NCBI GenBank assembly: GCA_041667185.1
Contig: JBAYFM010000008.1
Location: forward strand, 1,714-65,713
Source of the DNA: Patescibacteria group bacterium
GTDB lineage: Bacteria; Patescibacteriota; Patescibacteriia; SG8-24
Direction: 5' to 3'
Length of the DNA stretch: 64,000 nt
Below are positions 54,325 through 63,200 of the stretch, one piece after another. The notes under the pieces were generated by a model. That model was not told the origin of the DNA. It made no database searches and saw only the letters and a list, made by a program, of their open reading frames with translations. The stretch's first letter is position 1. Every line of letters begins with the position of its first letter. The translations under genes and the position numbers were made by a program.

Positions 54325-56058
54325 ATGCGTAATTTCAAGCAGATCTACGCCCTTATTTCGACCGCTGGCCTGCTTCTCGGCTCGCTGCTCCTGCCGCTTC
54401 AGGCGCAGGCTGCTGAAGCCGTGCCTGTTTCGGGCGGTGTCGGCCCCTGGGTCGTCACCAATCTCGCGGCTGATAACGGCGACTGGAGCGTCGAATTTTT
54501 CAAGATCGACCGCAACCTGATCGCCTGGACCGAACTCAACCAGCGCGAGAGTCTGCGCCGGCTTTACGCTTTCGACGGCGTGAAGACGAAGCTTCTGGCT
54601 TCGCTCACGGTCGCCGAGTGGGAGAATCCGACTGACGCGGGTTTCTATGATCCCCAGTCCGGCAATTTCGACGTGGCCGACGGCCTGGTCGTCTGGGTCC
54701 AGAACGACGGCATGGATCGCGAGATCATGAGCTACAACGGCTATCAGATCGCCGCGGTCTCGAACAACACTTACGACGACAAACACCCGATCACGTCCCG
54801 CAGCCGCGTGGCCTGGACGAGCGTTCCCGGCGCTTCCTACAACCTGATGGTCAAGGACGCCGCCGGCACCCGCCGGGTCGACAGCTACCAGGTGATGAAC
54901 TACGCCTTCTCGGGCCAGAACCTGTTCTGGCTCAACAAGCGCGGCAACGAGAACTGGTTCCGCGTCTTCCGCGATGACGGCAAGACCGTCCTGCCGGTCG
55001 GCGAAGGCGATGATCGTCCGCTTTGGAAATATTTCTTCACTGACGGCAAAGGCACCGCCGCCTGGGAGTACTCGACCAAGAACTGGAGCTACGACAAACG
55101 CGTCGTCTATCTCTCGTATCTGGGCACGGCCGCCCGTCGCATCATCCAGCGCGACGTGCCGCCGAACGTCACCCGCATCGAGGACGTCGACGGCGACAAG
55201 GTGCTCCTGAATTCGCACGACCTCCTGACCTCGCTCCTGGCCGACACCATGCTCATCGAATCGAACGGCTTCCAGGACAAGTACCTGTTGCGCAAGGTCT
55301 CTTTCATCAAGGCGCGCTTCCTCGACGGCGGCATCGTTCATCATCTCGTGCCAGAGACCGCGAGCGCCATGGTCTTCATGAAGAACGGCGCGGGCGAAGA
55401 TTACGTCAGTTTCGATCATGTGATTCTGGATAGGTTCGAGGCCGACGGCAATGTCGCGGCCGGCGCCCTGCTCAAGGGCGGCGTCGTGACCTACGTGAAC
55501 GGCGAACGTGTCGATATTCCGACTAGCTCGCAGGTGCGCGAGATCAGCGTCCGGAACGGCGACATCGGCTTCATTGAGGGCCAGTCTGGCCAGAGCATCC
55601 TGAAATTCGCTTCGCAGTCAGTGCTGGTCAAGGCCGCGTCCGGAGCCAAGCAGCTCTCTGGCCACCTGGTCCGGATCTCGGGTTCGGCCAACGTCTATCT
55701 GGCCGCCTCGGACGGCAAGCGTTATCTCTTCCCGTCGCAGGGCCAGTTCTTCGGCTGGTACGCGGATTTCGCCTCGGTGCGGGTCGTGTCGTCCCAGTCG
55801 CTCTCCGGGATCCAGATCGGCGGCAAGGCGCTCTATCGGCCGGGTTACCGGCTGGTGCGCGCCGTCAATTCGCCGCGGGTCTACGCGGTCGGCGACAACG
55901 GCGTGCTGCATTGGGTGCAGAGCGAGGACGTCCTGATCGCGCTGTTCGGCCGGGAGTGGTATCACCAGATGGATCTCATGTCCGACGTCGACCTGGCTGA
56001 TTACATCCAGGGTTCGGCGATCAGCGACCTCAGCAAATATTATCTGGCTCTCAATTGA
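54325..56058 (+). CDS. secreted hypothetical protein (signal peptide, 577 aa)
   Basis: N-terminal signal LLLGSLLLPLQAQAAEA. W/Y/N/G-rich, beta-rich composition. No family recognised. Confidence 0.55.
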   Translation: MRNFKQIYALISTAGLLLGSLLLPLQAQAAEAVPVSGGVGPWVVTNLAADNGDWSVEFFKIDRNLIAWTELNQRESLRRLYAFDGVKTKLLASLTVAEWENPTDAGFYDPQSGNFDVADGLVVWVQNDGMDREIMSYNGYQIAAVSNNTYDDKHPITSRSRVAWTSVPGASYNLMVKDAAGTRRVDSYQVMNYAFSGQNLFWLNKRGNENWFRVFRDDGKTVLPVGEGDDRPLWKYFFTDGKGTAAWEYSTKNWSYDKRVVYLSYLGTAARRIIQRDVPPNVTRIEDVDGDKVLLNSHDLLTSLLADTMLIESNGFQDKYLLRKVSFIKARFLDGGIVHHLVPETASAMVFMKNGAGEDYVSFDHVILDRFEADGNVAAGALLKGGVVTYVNGERVDIPTSSQVREISVRNGDIGFIEGQSGQSILKFASQSVLVKAASGAKQLSGHLVRISGSANVYLAASDGKRYLFPSQGQFFGWYADFASVRVVSSQSLSGIQIGGKALYRPGYRLVRAVNSPRVYAVGDNGVLHWVQSEDVLIALFGREWYHQMDLMSDVDLADYIQGSAISDLSKYYLALN

Positions 56059-56127
56059 CCGACAGACCGTGAAAAACAAAACGCCCGTCATCATCGCGAT
56101 GGCGGGCGTTTGATTTTCAGTGCGGCC

Positions 56128-56529
56128 TTACTTCACCTCTTTCAAAGCTCTCTTGGACGTGCGGGTGTAGTAGAGTTTGGCTTTGCGGACGCGGAGGCTT
56201 TTCACTTCCTCGAATTTGGCGATGACCGGCGAGCGCAGCGGGAAGATCCTTTCCACGCCGACGCCGCTCGCGATCTTGCGGACGGTGATGGTCGCGCTCT
56301 GGGCGTCCTTGCCTTTCTTGGCGATGACCGTGCCTTCAAAGACCTGGATGCGCTCGCGCTCCTCGCCTTTGGTGTTCAATTCTTTGACCTTCAGATGTAC
56401 GCGGACGACGGCGCCGGGTTTGATCTTGGAAGGATCCTTGATCTCCTGGCCTTTGACGGCCGAAACTTCCGGAGTGGCTTCCGGCTGGGCGTCGTTAGTG
56501 ACTTTCAGATCGTTCTTTTCGTCGGCCAT
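56128..56529 (-). CDS. rplS: 50S ribosomal protein L19
   Basis: ...[13 protein letters not shown]..., [33 protein letters not shown] motifs of bL19. Start at MADEKN. Confidence 0.85.
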   Translation of the reverse strand: MADEKNDLKVTNDAQPEATPEVSAVKGQEIKDPSKIKPGAVVRVHLKVKELNTKGEERERIQVFEGTVIAKKGKDAQSATITVRKIASGVGVERIFPLRSPVIAKFEEVKSLRVRKAKLYYTRTSKRALKEVK

Positions 56530-56726
56530 ATAGGTCCAATTTACGTGTCTATAATGCAGAAACAACCTAGATTCGAGGTTGTCAGTAGAGCGACGATATC
56601 ATAGACGGGTTGATTATTCAAGTCAATGGGGTGCCAGGGTAATGGTGGTCTGGCGACGGGGCGCATCTTTGCTTCGCTCAGCTCCACTGGGCACGTAAAA
56701 ACACCAGCTCGTCTGGTGTTTTTACG

Positions 56727-56801
56727 TGGTCGGCCCGGATGGATTCGAACCATCGACCAACGCCTTATAAGAGCGCTGCTCTACCGCTGAGCTACGGGCC
56801 G
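56727..56801 (-). tRNA. tRNA-Ile (anticodon UAU)
   Basis: Reverse complement CGGCCCG-UA-GCUC-AGCGGUA-GAGC-A-GCGCU-CUUAUAA-GGCGU-UGGUC-GAUGG-UUCGAAU-CCAUC-CGGGCCG-A-CCA. Anticodon loop C-U-UAU-A-A. 75 nt. Confidence 0.75.
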
Positions 56802-57075
56802 AGATGAGTTGTGATCGAAGCGAGACTGTGCTGGTCTGACCGCCAAACGATCAGCCGAGCCTTGTCCCCCGCAGCTTCACCCTTCTTCGCTAAAGCTACG
56901 AAGGGTCTGAGGACTGCCCAGTTTTTTGTCGACGTGCCGAAACAGTTTTTGGGCAGGCCCATCGCAGCTTCAGCGAAGGTGGGGCGGATGGGGAAGCTAC
57001 GGGCCGGTAGGCCGCCAAAATATATCAATCAAGCGGCCTGTTGGCAACGGAGCGCAACGCCAGTATACTGACCCC

Positions 57076-58023
57076 ATGAATATTTCCCATACGGTCCAAC
57101 CCGAAGAGAACGGCTCCCGCTTCGATGTCCTGCTGGCGAAGCTTTTTACCGAACGCTCGCGCTCGCAGCTGCAGAAACTCATCAAGCAGGGCGTCATCAG
57201 ATTGAACGGCAAAAAGGTCACGCCGCATTTCGCCGTCGAGACCGGCGACGTGATCGAGAGCTCCGTTGATCTGGAGAGCGTCATCGAACGCCCGACCAGT
57301 CTCAAGCCGCGTCCGGATATCGCCATCAACGTCATCCACGACGAGGAATCTTTCGCGGTCGTCGAAAAACCGGCCGGCCTGCTCATGCACCCGACCGTGC
57401 GCGCCGAGACCGAGACTTTGGCTGCGGCCGTCCTCGCCCGCTGGCCGGAGATCGCCGCGGTCGGCGAATCTTTCGAGCGCCCCGGCATCATGCAGCGCCT
57501 CGACAAGGAGGCATCGGGCCTCGTCGTCATCGCCAAGACTCCCGCAGCCTACGACTCGCTGAAGAAACAATTCCAGGAACACACGATCGAAAAAGAATAT
57601 TCCGTGCTGGCCCACGGCCATACGCCCAAGGATTCGGGAACGATCGATCTGGCCATTGGCCGCGCGGCGAGTGGCGACAAGATGGCGGCGCGGTCCGAAC
57701 CCATGGAAGGCGACCGGCCGGCCGTGACCCATTACCGCGTCGAGCAATATTATACGAATTCGGCGCTGCTCGCGGTCCGGACCGAGACCGGGCGCACGCA
57801 TCAGATCCGCGCCCATCTCAAGGCGCTGGGTAATCCGATCGTCGGCGACACGTTGTATCACCCCAAGCTGGGGATGGGCTTCAAGACCGCTTCACCGCGC
57901 CTGTTCCTGCACGCCCGCCTGCTCGCATTCACGAATCCGGCCACGGGCGTTCGCGTCGAATTCCACTCGCCTTTGCCGGCGGACCTACAGGAAGTGCTTC
58001 AACCACTCAAGAAATCCAAATAG
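57076..58023 (+). CDS. rluD: RluA-family 23S rRNA pseudouridine synthase (RluD-like, S4 domain + catalytic domain)
   Basis: S4-like N-terminus (RFDVLLAKLF...SRSQLQKLIKQGVIRLNGK) and catalytic HRLDKEASGLVV... TGRTHQIRAHL. Confidence 0.85.
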   Translation: MNISHTVQPEENGSRFDVLLAKLFTERSRSQLQKLIKQGVIRLNGKKVTPHFAVETGDVIESSVDLESVIERPTSLKPRPDIAINVIHDEESFAVVEKPAGLLMHPTVRAETETLAAAVLARWPEIAAVGESFERPGIMQRLDKEASGLVVIAKTPAAYDSLKKQFQEHTIEKEYSVLAHGHTPKDSGTIDLAIGRAASGDKMAARSEPMEGDRPAVTHYRVEQYYTNSALLAVRTETGRTHQIRAHLKALGNPIVGDTLYHPKLGMGFKTASPRLFLHARLLAFTNPATGVRVEFHSPLPADLQEVLQPLKKSK

Positions 58024-58183
58024 CAGCGTAAATCTAGCTGAAAATACGGAAAAACAGCCGCGTTCCAGCGGTTGTTTTTTGATCTCTAATACGGCGAAAT
58101 ACGATGTGGGCGTTCTTATTGACATTAGCCGGCAAACGGGCTAAGTTTCTCTGTCGTACCTTCAAAATGAAAGGGGTTAGGAC

Positions 58184-58444
58184 ATGGCCAGATTTTGCCG
58201 TTGGCTCGACCGTTTGAGCCAGACCAAAAGGTTCCTGATCTTTCTGTCCGTCGTGTCGGTTTTCATCCTGATCGCCAATGACGGGATTTCTGTTTCCCGG
58301 TCCCGCATCAGCATTGATCTGGAGGTTGTCGGTCTGAGCGCGATGCTGTTCGTACTCGCGGCCGTGATCCACCATCTCTATTTCCACAAACCGCCACCCA
58401 GTTTGCGCGTGATCAAAGGAGGCAAGCATGAGAAACGAACGTAA
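58184..58444 (+). CDS. small two-TM membrane protein (hypothetical)
   Basis: Two hydrophobic helices. Overlaps the downstream HAD gene start by 17 nt. Low confidence. Confidence 0.3.
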   Translation: MARFCRWLDRLSQTKRFLIFLSVVSVFILIANDGISVSRSRISIDLEVVGLSAMLFVLAAVIHHLYFHKPPPSLRVIKGGKHEKRT

Positions 58445-59084
58445 GTTCGAGATCGGACTCATTGATTGGAACGGAACGTTGCAGAATGATCTAGGCCACA
58501 TCTACGAATGCGGCGTGCAGCGGATCTTCCGCCATTTCAAACTGCCATGTCCCAGTCTCGATGATTACCGCAACGAGGTGACCGCGGATTTCATGACCAG
58601 TTTCTACTGGCCGCGCGGCATCCCGGCCGAGATCTCGGCCGCCGATCTCAACGCCATCATGAGCGAGGGATTCAAGGCCAAGGGCGTGCCGGCCGGCGTC
58701 TTCGCCGACGCGCTTGGGACGATGCGCAAGCTCCGGCGTCGCGGCTATCCACTGGTCCTTGTGAGCGGTTATGACAGCCGCAAGCTGGCCGAAGCGGTCG
58801 CTCGCCACGGCTTTACGGACCTGTTTGAGGAAGTGATCGGCGATGCGCGCGACAAGCCGGCGGTTTTTGCCGATCTTCTCAGGAAACGCGGTTTGTCCGG
58901 CAGCGCCGCCGCCGTCGTCGGCGATACGATCGAGGATGCCGCCGCCGCCGCTGCGATTGGCGCCGTGCCGTTCATCTGTCCGCGCGGTTTTCATGCCATC
59001 GAGCGGATCCTGCCGCTTCTCATCGTCGTACCGAATCTGGTCATCGTTGATGATCTGCGCCATCTCCTGCCGTTCTTTCCGTGA
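58428..59084 (+). CDS. HAD-like hydrolase
   Basis: IGLIDWNGTL motif I-like (DxNGT). ...VVGDTIEDAAAA (motif IV-like GDxxxD). Confidence 0.55.
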   Translation: MRNERKFEIGLIDWNGTLQNDLGHIYECGVQRIFRHFKLPCPSLDDYRNEVTADFMTSFYWPRGIPAEISAADLNAIMSEGFKAKGVPAGVFADALGTMRKLRRRGYPLVLVSGYDSRKLAEAVARHGFTDLFEEVIGDARDKPAVFADLLRKRGLSGSAAAVVGDTIEDAAAAAAIGAVPFICPRGFHAIERILPLLIVVPNLVIVDDLRHLLPFFP

Positions 59085-59153
59085 TCGTCTTCAAGCGGCC
59101 TTTCGAGGCCGCTTTTTTGTTTGTAAAATATCTCAATTTTCGCTACAATAATC

Positions 59154-60593
59154 ATGTATATGAGTCATCATAAAAATCATGTTAGGGCGGTCGTTGCGGC
59201 GATCGTCTTTTTGGCGTCCGGTTTTTTCGGTTGGTCGGTATCTGCGGCTGAAGTTTCGACCCATGCTCGTCTTGAGACCAGTTCTTGGCGGTTCGCTAAC
59301 AGCACCGAACCGGTTCGTTCGACCGGTTATTTGGAGGGTCTGGACGGAGCGCCAGCTTCGGCTGTTTTGTATGACCTTGGACAGGACGGCGTCGCTGAAA
59401 TCTTGGTTGGCAGCGGCTTTGGCCAGGCGCCGGTGGTCAGTCTGTATCAAGCCGATGGCACGCTCATCTCCAGGTTCGCCGTCTATGATCCGGGCATGAA
59501 ACAAGGAGTCAATGTCGCCGCCGGCGACGTCGACGGCGACGGCCGCGCGGAGATCGTCACTGGCACTGGGCCGGGAGCCGCGGCTCATGTTTTGGTTTTC
59601 GATGGTTACGGAAAAATGAAAGCTCCGGCTGGCGGATTTTTTCCGTTCGGCCGTGAGTCGCGCGGCGGCGTCGCGGTTGCCGTCAGCGACGTTAACGGCG
59701 ATGGAGTTAACGAGATCATTGCCGCGTCCGGTCCGGGTGAAAGTCCGCGGGTCGCGGTTTGGAAGCGCCCGTTCTTTGCCGCCGCCGCGGAGTTCGCTCC
59801 TTTTGCCGAGACCATGGTCGCGGGCGTGAACGTCGCCGCCGGCGACGTTGATGGCGACGGCGTCGCTGAGATTCTGGCGGTTCCCGCGGGCAAGAGCGAT
59901 CCGGTCGCGCGGATCATCAAGGTTGGCGAGCCCGCGTCAGCGCCTGGAGGCTTCTCCGTCAGCGCCGACATGTCGAATGGTCTGACCGTGGCCGCGGCGG
60001 ATATTGATGACGACGGACGCGCGGAGATCATCGTTGCTCCGAACAGCAGTGGTTCGGCGCGGGTCGCGATCTTTGATCATGATGGCCGGTTGCAGAAAGA
60101 ATTATCGGCCAGCGATTCCGGTTCCATTGACGGCCTGATCATTGCTGCCGGACACATGGGTTCCGGCCAGACCGTACTGGCGATTTCGGCTGGCAGGACG
60201 GCATCCGGGCGGATATTCGAGTCGAAGTATATCGTCGTAAGCGTCGCTGAACAGCGTTTGCACGCCTACGAATATGGCCGTGAGGTCCGTTCTTTCCTGG
60301 TTTCGACCGGCACGAAAAAATACGCCACACCTACGGGCGATTTTTCCGTATTAGCCAAGATTCCCACAGTGCTTTATCGCTGGTCCTATGGTCCGAACGA
60401 CCCGAACAATTACGATCTCGGACGCGTGCCTTGGAATCTGCGCATCATGCCGCATATTTATATTCATTACGCGCCATGGCATAATAATTTCGGCCGTCGC
60501 ATGAGCCATGGCTGCGTCAACGTCAATAAGGCCAACGCCGAATGGATCTATGATTGGGCCGAGGTCGGCGTGCCGGTCAGCATCAATGAATAA
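59154..60593 (+). CDS. L,D-transpeptidase (YkuD domain) with N-terminal FG-GAP/VCBS-like repeats
   Basis: Repeated GDVDGDGRAEIV / DVNGDGVNEII / DIDDDGRAEIIV integrin-alpha-like repeats. C-terminal L,D-TPase catalytic motif HGCVNV with preceding conserved His/Tyr region. Confidence 0.8.
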   Translation: MYMSHHKNHVRAVVAAIVFLASGFFGWSVSAAEVSTHARLETSSWRFANSTEPVRSTGYLEGLDGAPASAVLYDLGQDGVAEILVGSGFGQAPVVSLYQADGTLISRFAVYDPGMKQGVNVAAGDVDGDGRAEIVTGTGPGAAAHVLVFDGYGKMKAPAGGFFPFGRESRGGVAVAVSDVNGDGVNEIIAASGPGESPRVAVWKRPFFAAAAEFAPFAETMVAGVNVAAGDVDGDGVAEILAVPAGKSDPVARIIKVGEPASAPGGFSVSADMSNGLTVAAADIDDDGRAEIIVAPNSSGSARVAIFDHDGRLQKELSASDSGSIDGLIIAAGHMGSGQTVLAISAGRTASGRIFESKYIVVSVAEQRLHAYEYGREVRSFLVSTGTKKYATPTGDFSVLAKIPTVLYRWSYGPNDPNNYDLGRVPWNLRIMPHIYIHYAPWHNNFGRRMSHGCVNVNKANAEWIYDWAEVGVPVSINE

Positions 60594-60594
60594 T

Positions 60595-60948
60595 ATGCGC
60601 GAAGGAGAAGGACAACTGGATCCGGAGCAGAGAAATCCGGAGATTGGAAAAATTCCAGAACAAGATCGGGCTCGGGCAGGGGTCGGAAAGATTCCTGAGT
60701 TTTGGGGGAAAGACGGCGAGGCTCCGGCCGAGATCGGCCGCGAGTTGATCGCGACAAATGAAGCCGTGGCGGAAATCTTTTGGGGCCGAGCGGCGGATTT
60801 TGCCGAGTCCGCGGCGGCACAGGGACTGAGCCGGGAACTCGGACCGTTCTTGAAAAAGTTTTCTGAATTGAACGATCGGACGTTTGCTTCCGGACGCTTG
60901 CGCGCGGCGCGGATACGCGTGGCGGAAAAATTGCCGCCAGCGTCTTAA
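60595..60948 (+). CDS. hypothetical protein
   Basis: 117-aa ORF starting directly after the Ldt stop. E/G/R-rich. No family recognised. Confidence 0.35.
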   Translation: MREGEGQLDPEQRNPEIGKIPEQDRARAGVGKIPEFWGKDGEAPAEIGRELIATNEAVAEIFWGRAADFAESAAAQGLSRELGPFLKKFSELNDRTFASGRLRAARIRVAEKLPPAS

Positions 60949-60951
60949 AGT

Positions 60952-61377
60952 ATGTCCAGTCCGTTTGAGATCAAAAATTTCATCGAGTCCGTCGAACGAT
61001 CTTTTTTATCGGCTGCTGACAAACAGATGCTCGCGTCCGAAGCTCGGCACGGCGTTGACCAGGCACTGTGGAGCCGTTTCAATGATCTACTCGTTGCCTG
61101 GCTGGTGGAGAATCAGGCCAAACAGGATCGAACCAGTGTGCGGCTGGACGTGGAGATCGACCGTTACACCAGAGAATACGAACATGAGAAGACCAAAATC
61201 GACCAGGAATATCGGCCGGCGCTAGAGGATGCGATCCGGCGCGGAGAATCGGCTGACAGCGGCACCTGGGCCGAATATCGTGAGAAGATCAGGCTCCTCC
61301 AGACCCAGCTGATCGCTGAAGTAAAAGCGACTTCTGCGACCGTGCTGCGCGAAGTGGTGCTGGCGACCGTCGGGTAG
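60952..61377 (+). CDS. hypothetical protein
   Basis: 141-aa ORF with coiled-coil-like charged composition. Followed by terminator AAAAACACCCCAGGGCAAGCCTGGGGTATTTTT (61402-61436). Confidence 0.45.
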   Translation: MSSPFEIKNFIESVERSFLSAADKQMLASEARHGVDQALWSRFNDLLVAWLVENQAKQDRTSVRLDVEIDRYTREYEHEKTKIDQEYRPALEDAIRRGESADSGTWAEYREKIRLLQTQLIAEVKATSATVLREVVLATVG

Positions 61378-61436
61378 GGGGAGTATAAACTGCGAGAATC
61401 AAAAACACCCCAGGGCAAGCCTGGGGTATTTTTGAT

Positions 61437-61610
61437 GGTGGGCGGCAGAGGAGTCGAACCTCTGACCTTCACAATGTCAATGTGACGCTCTAACGCCCAG
61501 TCCGGTCGTCTTGCGACCGGACACAAGAAATGCGCGGCGGCGGCCGCCACATCTGGCGTCAAGCCCGCCCTGGTCCCCGCGTTCGCGCGGGGCGGGCTTA
61601 ACCAACTGAG
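61437..61610 (-). pseudogene. partial tRNA-Val copy (D-loop to CCA) carrying a 105-nt family-1 element in the D-loop; no 5' acceptor strand
   Basis: In tRNA orientation: CTCAGTTGGTTA, family-1 element (plus-strand 61494-61598; AGCCCGCCCCGCGCGAACGCGGGGACCAGGGCGGGCT TGACGCCAGATGTGGCGGCCGCCGCCGCG...GTCCGGTCGCAAGACGACCGGAC), then TTAGAGCGTCACATTGACATTGTGAAGGTCAGAGGTTCGACTCCTCTGCCGCCCACCA, identical to the intact gene. Confidence 0.8.
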
Positions 61611-61646
61611 TAAAACAAAAAAGCCAGGTTTGACCTGACTTTCTTG

Positions 61647-61723
61647 TGGTGGGCGGCAGAGGAGTCGAACCTCTGACCTTCACAATGTCAATGTGACGCT
61701 CTAACCAACTGAGCTAGCCGCCC
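61647..61723 (-). tRNA. tRNA-Val (anticodon GAC)
   Basis: Reverse complement GGGCGGC-UA-GCUC-AGUUGGUUA-GAGC-G-UCACA-UUGACAU-UGUGA-AGGUC-AGAGG-UUCGACU-CCUCU-GCCGCCC-A-CCA. Confidence 0.9.
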
Positions 61724-61789
61724 TCTAATGACTTTGGGGTGTTCCTATAATAAGACCTCGCGGAAAATAAATCAAGATTCTGGGCTTGG

Positions 61790-63028
61790 TCAGGCGACTG
61801 ATGGTCCGATTGCCTGGGCTTGTTGGGTCGCAGGCTGTCCCGCCGGAACCGTAATCGCATCAGCCGGCAGGCTCTTCCCCAGCGATTTATAGATCGATCC
61901 CAGGACGGCTTTTTCAGCGTCGATCAGGTTCGCGGCCGGGAAACACAACCGGGCCAGGCGGCGCGTGCCTTCGGGTTTGAGACTCGAAACCAGGCCGAGA
62001 GCATTCGAATATTTTTCTGAAGAGACCAGGGCGCAGATGCCGGCCGGGCGCGACTTGTCAGCCGGCGCGTCCTGTTCGTAGAGCACGCCGAAGATCTCGG
62101 CTTCGGGCGAGTTCATCATCAGTTCTTCGATGACGTCCGGCAGGAATTCCTCGCCTGCTCCGGCGTGGACGAAATCCGGACGCACGAGCAGGGTCCAGGC
62201 GAATCTGGCCGCGCCGTCGTATTTGAGACGAGCGAGCGCTCGACCCCAGAGCTTCAGTGTCGCGAGCGATCGTGTGCGGTAGAGGTTCTGGACGATCTCG
62301 TCGCGGCGCGCGCCGGCGGCGACGAGTTCCGCGGCGATCTCGAGCGTGCGCGGCGTGACGGTCGGCGTCTTGAAACTGCGCGTCTTCGAAATCATCCCGG
62401 CGAGGAGGCAGGTGGCGGTGTCCGGGTCGAGGAAATGTTCGCCGGCGCTCTTGAGGAGCGAGTAGATGACCTCCGAGGTCGAAGTCGCCGCAATATCCAC
62501 GGCGTTCAGGTTGCCGTAGTGTTCGTTGGCCGGATCGTGGTCAATGTTGACGGTCGGCCGATGGTAGAAGAAATCAGTATTCAGGTCGAACAGCGCGCCG
62601 AGCGAGTGATAGTCCGGCGTGTCGACCGCGATGATCAGGTCGTATTTGAAATCCGAGGTCGCGGTCGTGAGATCGGCCGCGGCGAACTGGCCGGCTTTCG
62701 GATTGATATAGATCCGCAGCTTGTCATCCTTGAGATCGTAAGACAGTTCTTCGATCTTGGTCTTGGAGACGTCCAGGTTGATGATGAATTTCTGCAGGCG
62801 TTCGAAAGACGGTTTGACCTCGTTTGCGCCGGGCAAAAATTTGGCCGACTTCGCCGGCGTGAAATCGTCGGCGACGATCTCGGCGCGTTTGCCTTTGCTC
62901 GCGAGATAACGCTGGATGGCCAACGCCGAAGCCAGCGCATCAACGCTCCAATCACGGCGGAAGGTGATGAGAGCGTGCTCGGCGCGCTTCAGGGTCTCGA
63001 CGAATTGTTTTTCCATTGCCAGGGCCAT
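61790..63028 (-). CDS. DHH/DHHA1-family phosphoesterase-like protein (NrnA-like; motifs partly degenerate)
   Basis: Overall NrnA/MgpA-like architecture and length (412 aa). IDHDPANEHYG region. The N-terminal DHH motif I is not canonical. Confidence 0.5.
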   Translation of the reverse strand: MALAMEKQFVETLKRAEHALITFRRDWSVDALASALAIQRYLASKGKRAEIVADDFTPAKSAKFLPGANEVKPSFERLQKFIINLDVSKTKIEELSYDLKDDKLRIYINPKAGQFAAADLTTATSDFKYDLIIAVDTPDYHSLGALFDLNTDFFYHRPTVNIDHDPANEHYGNLNAVDIAATSTSEVIYSLLKSAGEHFLDPDTATCLLAGMISKTRSFKTPTVTPRTLEIAAELVAAGARRDEIVQNLYRTRSLATLKLWGRALARLKYDGAARFAWTLLVRPDFVHAGAGEEFLPDVIEELMMNSPEAEIFGVLYEQDAPADKSRPAGICALVSSEKYSNALGLVSSLKPEGTRRLARLCFPAANLIDAEKAVLGSIYKSLGKSLPADAITVPAGQPATQQAQAIGPSVA

Positions 63029-63099
63029 GTGCGGCTGTGCTTATTCAAGTAATGGCCTACCTTATCCGGGGCGCGAAATGGTGTCAAGCCACGTCGCTT

Positions 63100-63175
63100 G
63101 CGAGCGACGTGGTGGAGTGCTGGAGACCAACTAGCTCCCTGACTCCGTCTCTCCATGACTCCAGCACTTCACAAA
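63100..63175. repeat. GGGAG/CTCCC element (instance f)
   Basis: GTGGAGTGCTGGAGACCAACTAGCTCCCTGACTCCGTCTCTCCATGACTCCAGCACTTCAC with IR GTGCTGGAG/CTCCAGCAC. Followed by a minus-strand terminator AACACCCTCCCGCTTGGGGGTGTT+T-run (63170-63200). Confidence 0.6.
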
Positions 63176-63200
63176 AAAACACCCCCAAGCGGGAGGGTGT

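Noticed and set aside
54205-55419. 404-aa minus ORF opposite the secreted protein gene 54325-56058
   Set aside because: Antisense. The + ORF has a signal peptide and coherent composition.
57025-59063. Minus ORFs 57025-57861 and 58491-59063 opposite rluD and the HAD gene; + ORF 62165-63052 opposite the DHH-like gene
   Set aside because: Antisense artefacts.
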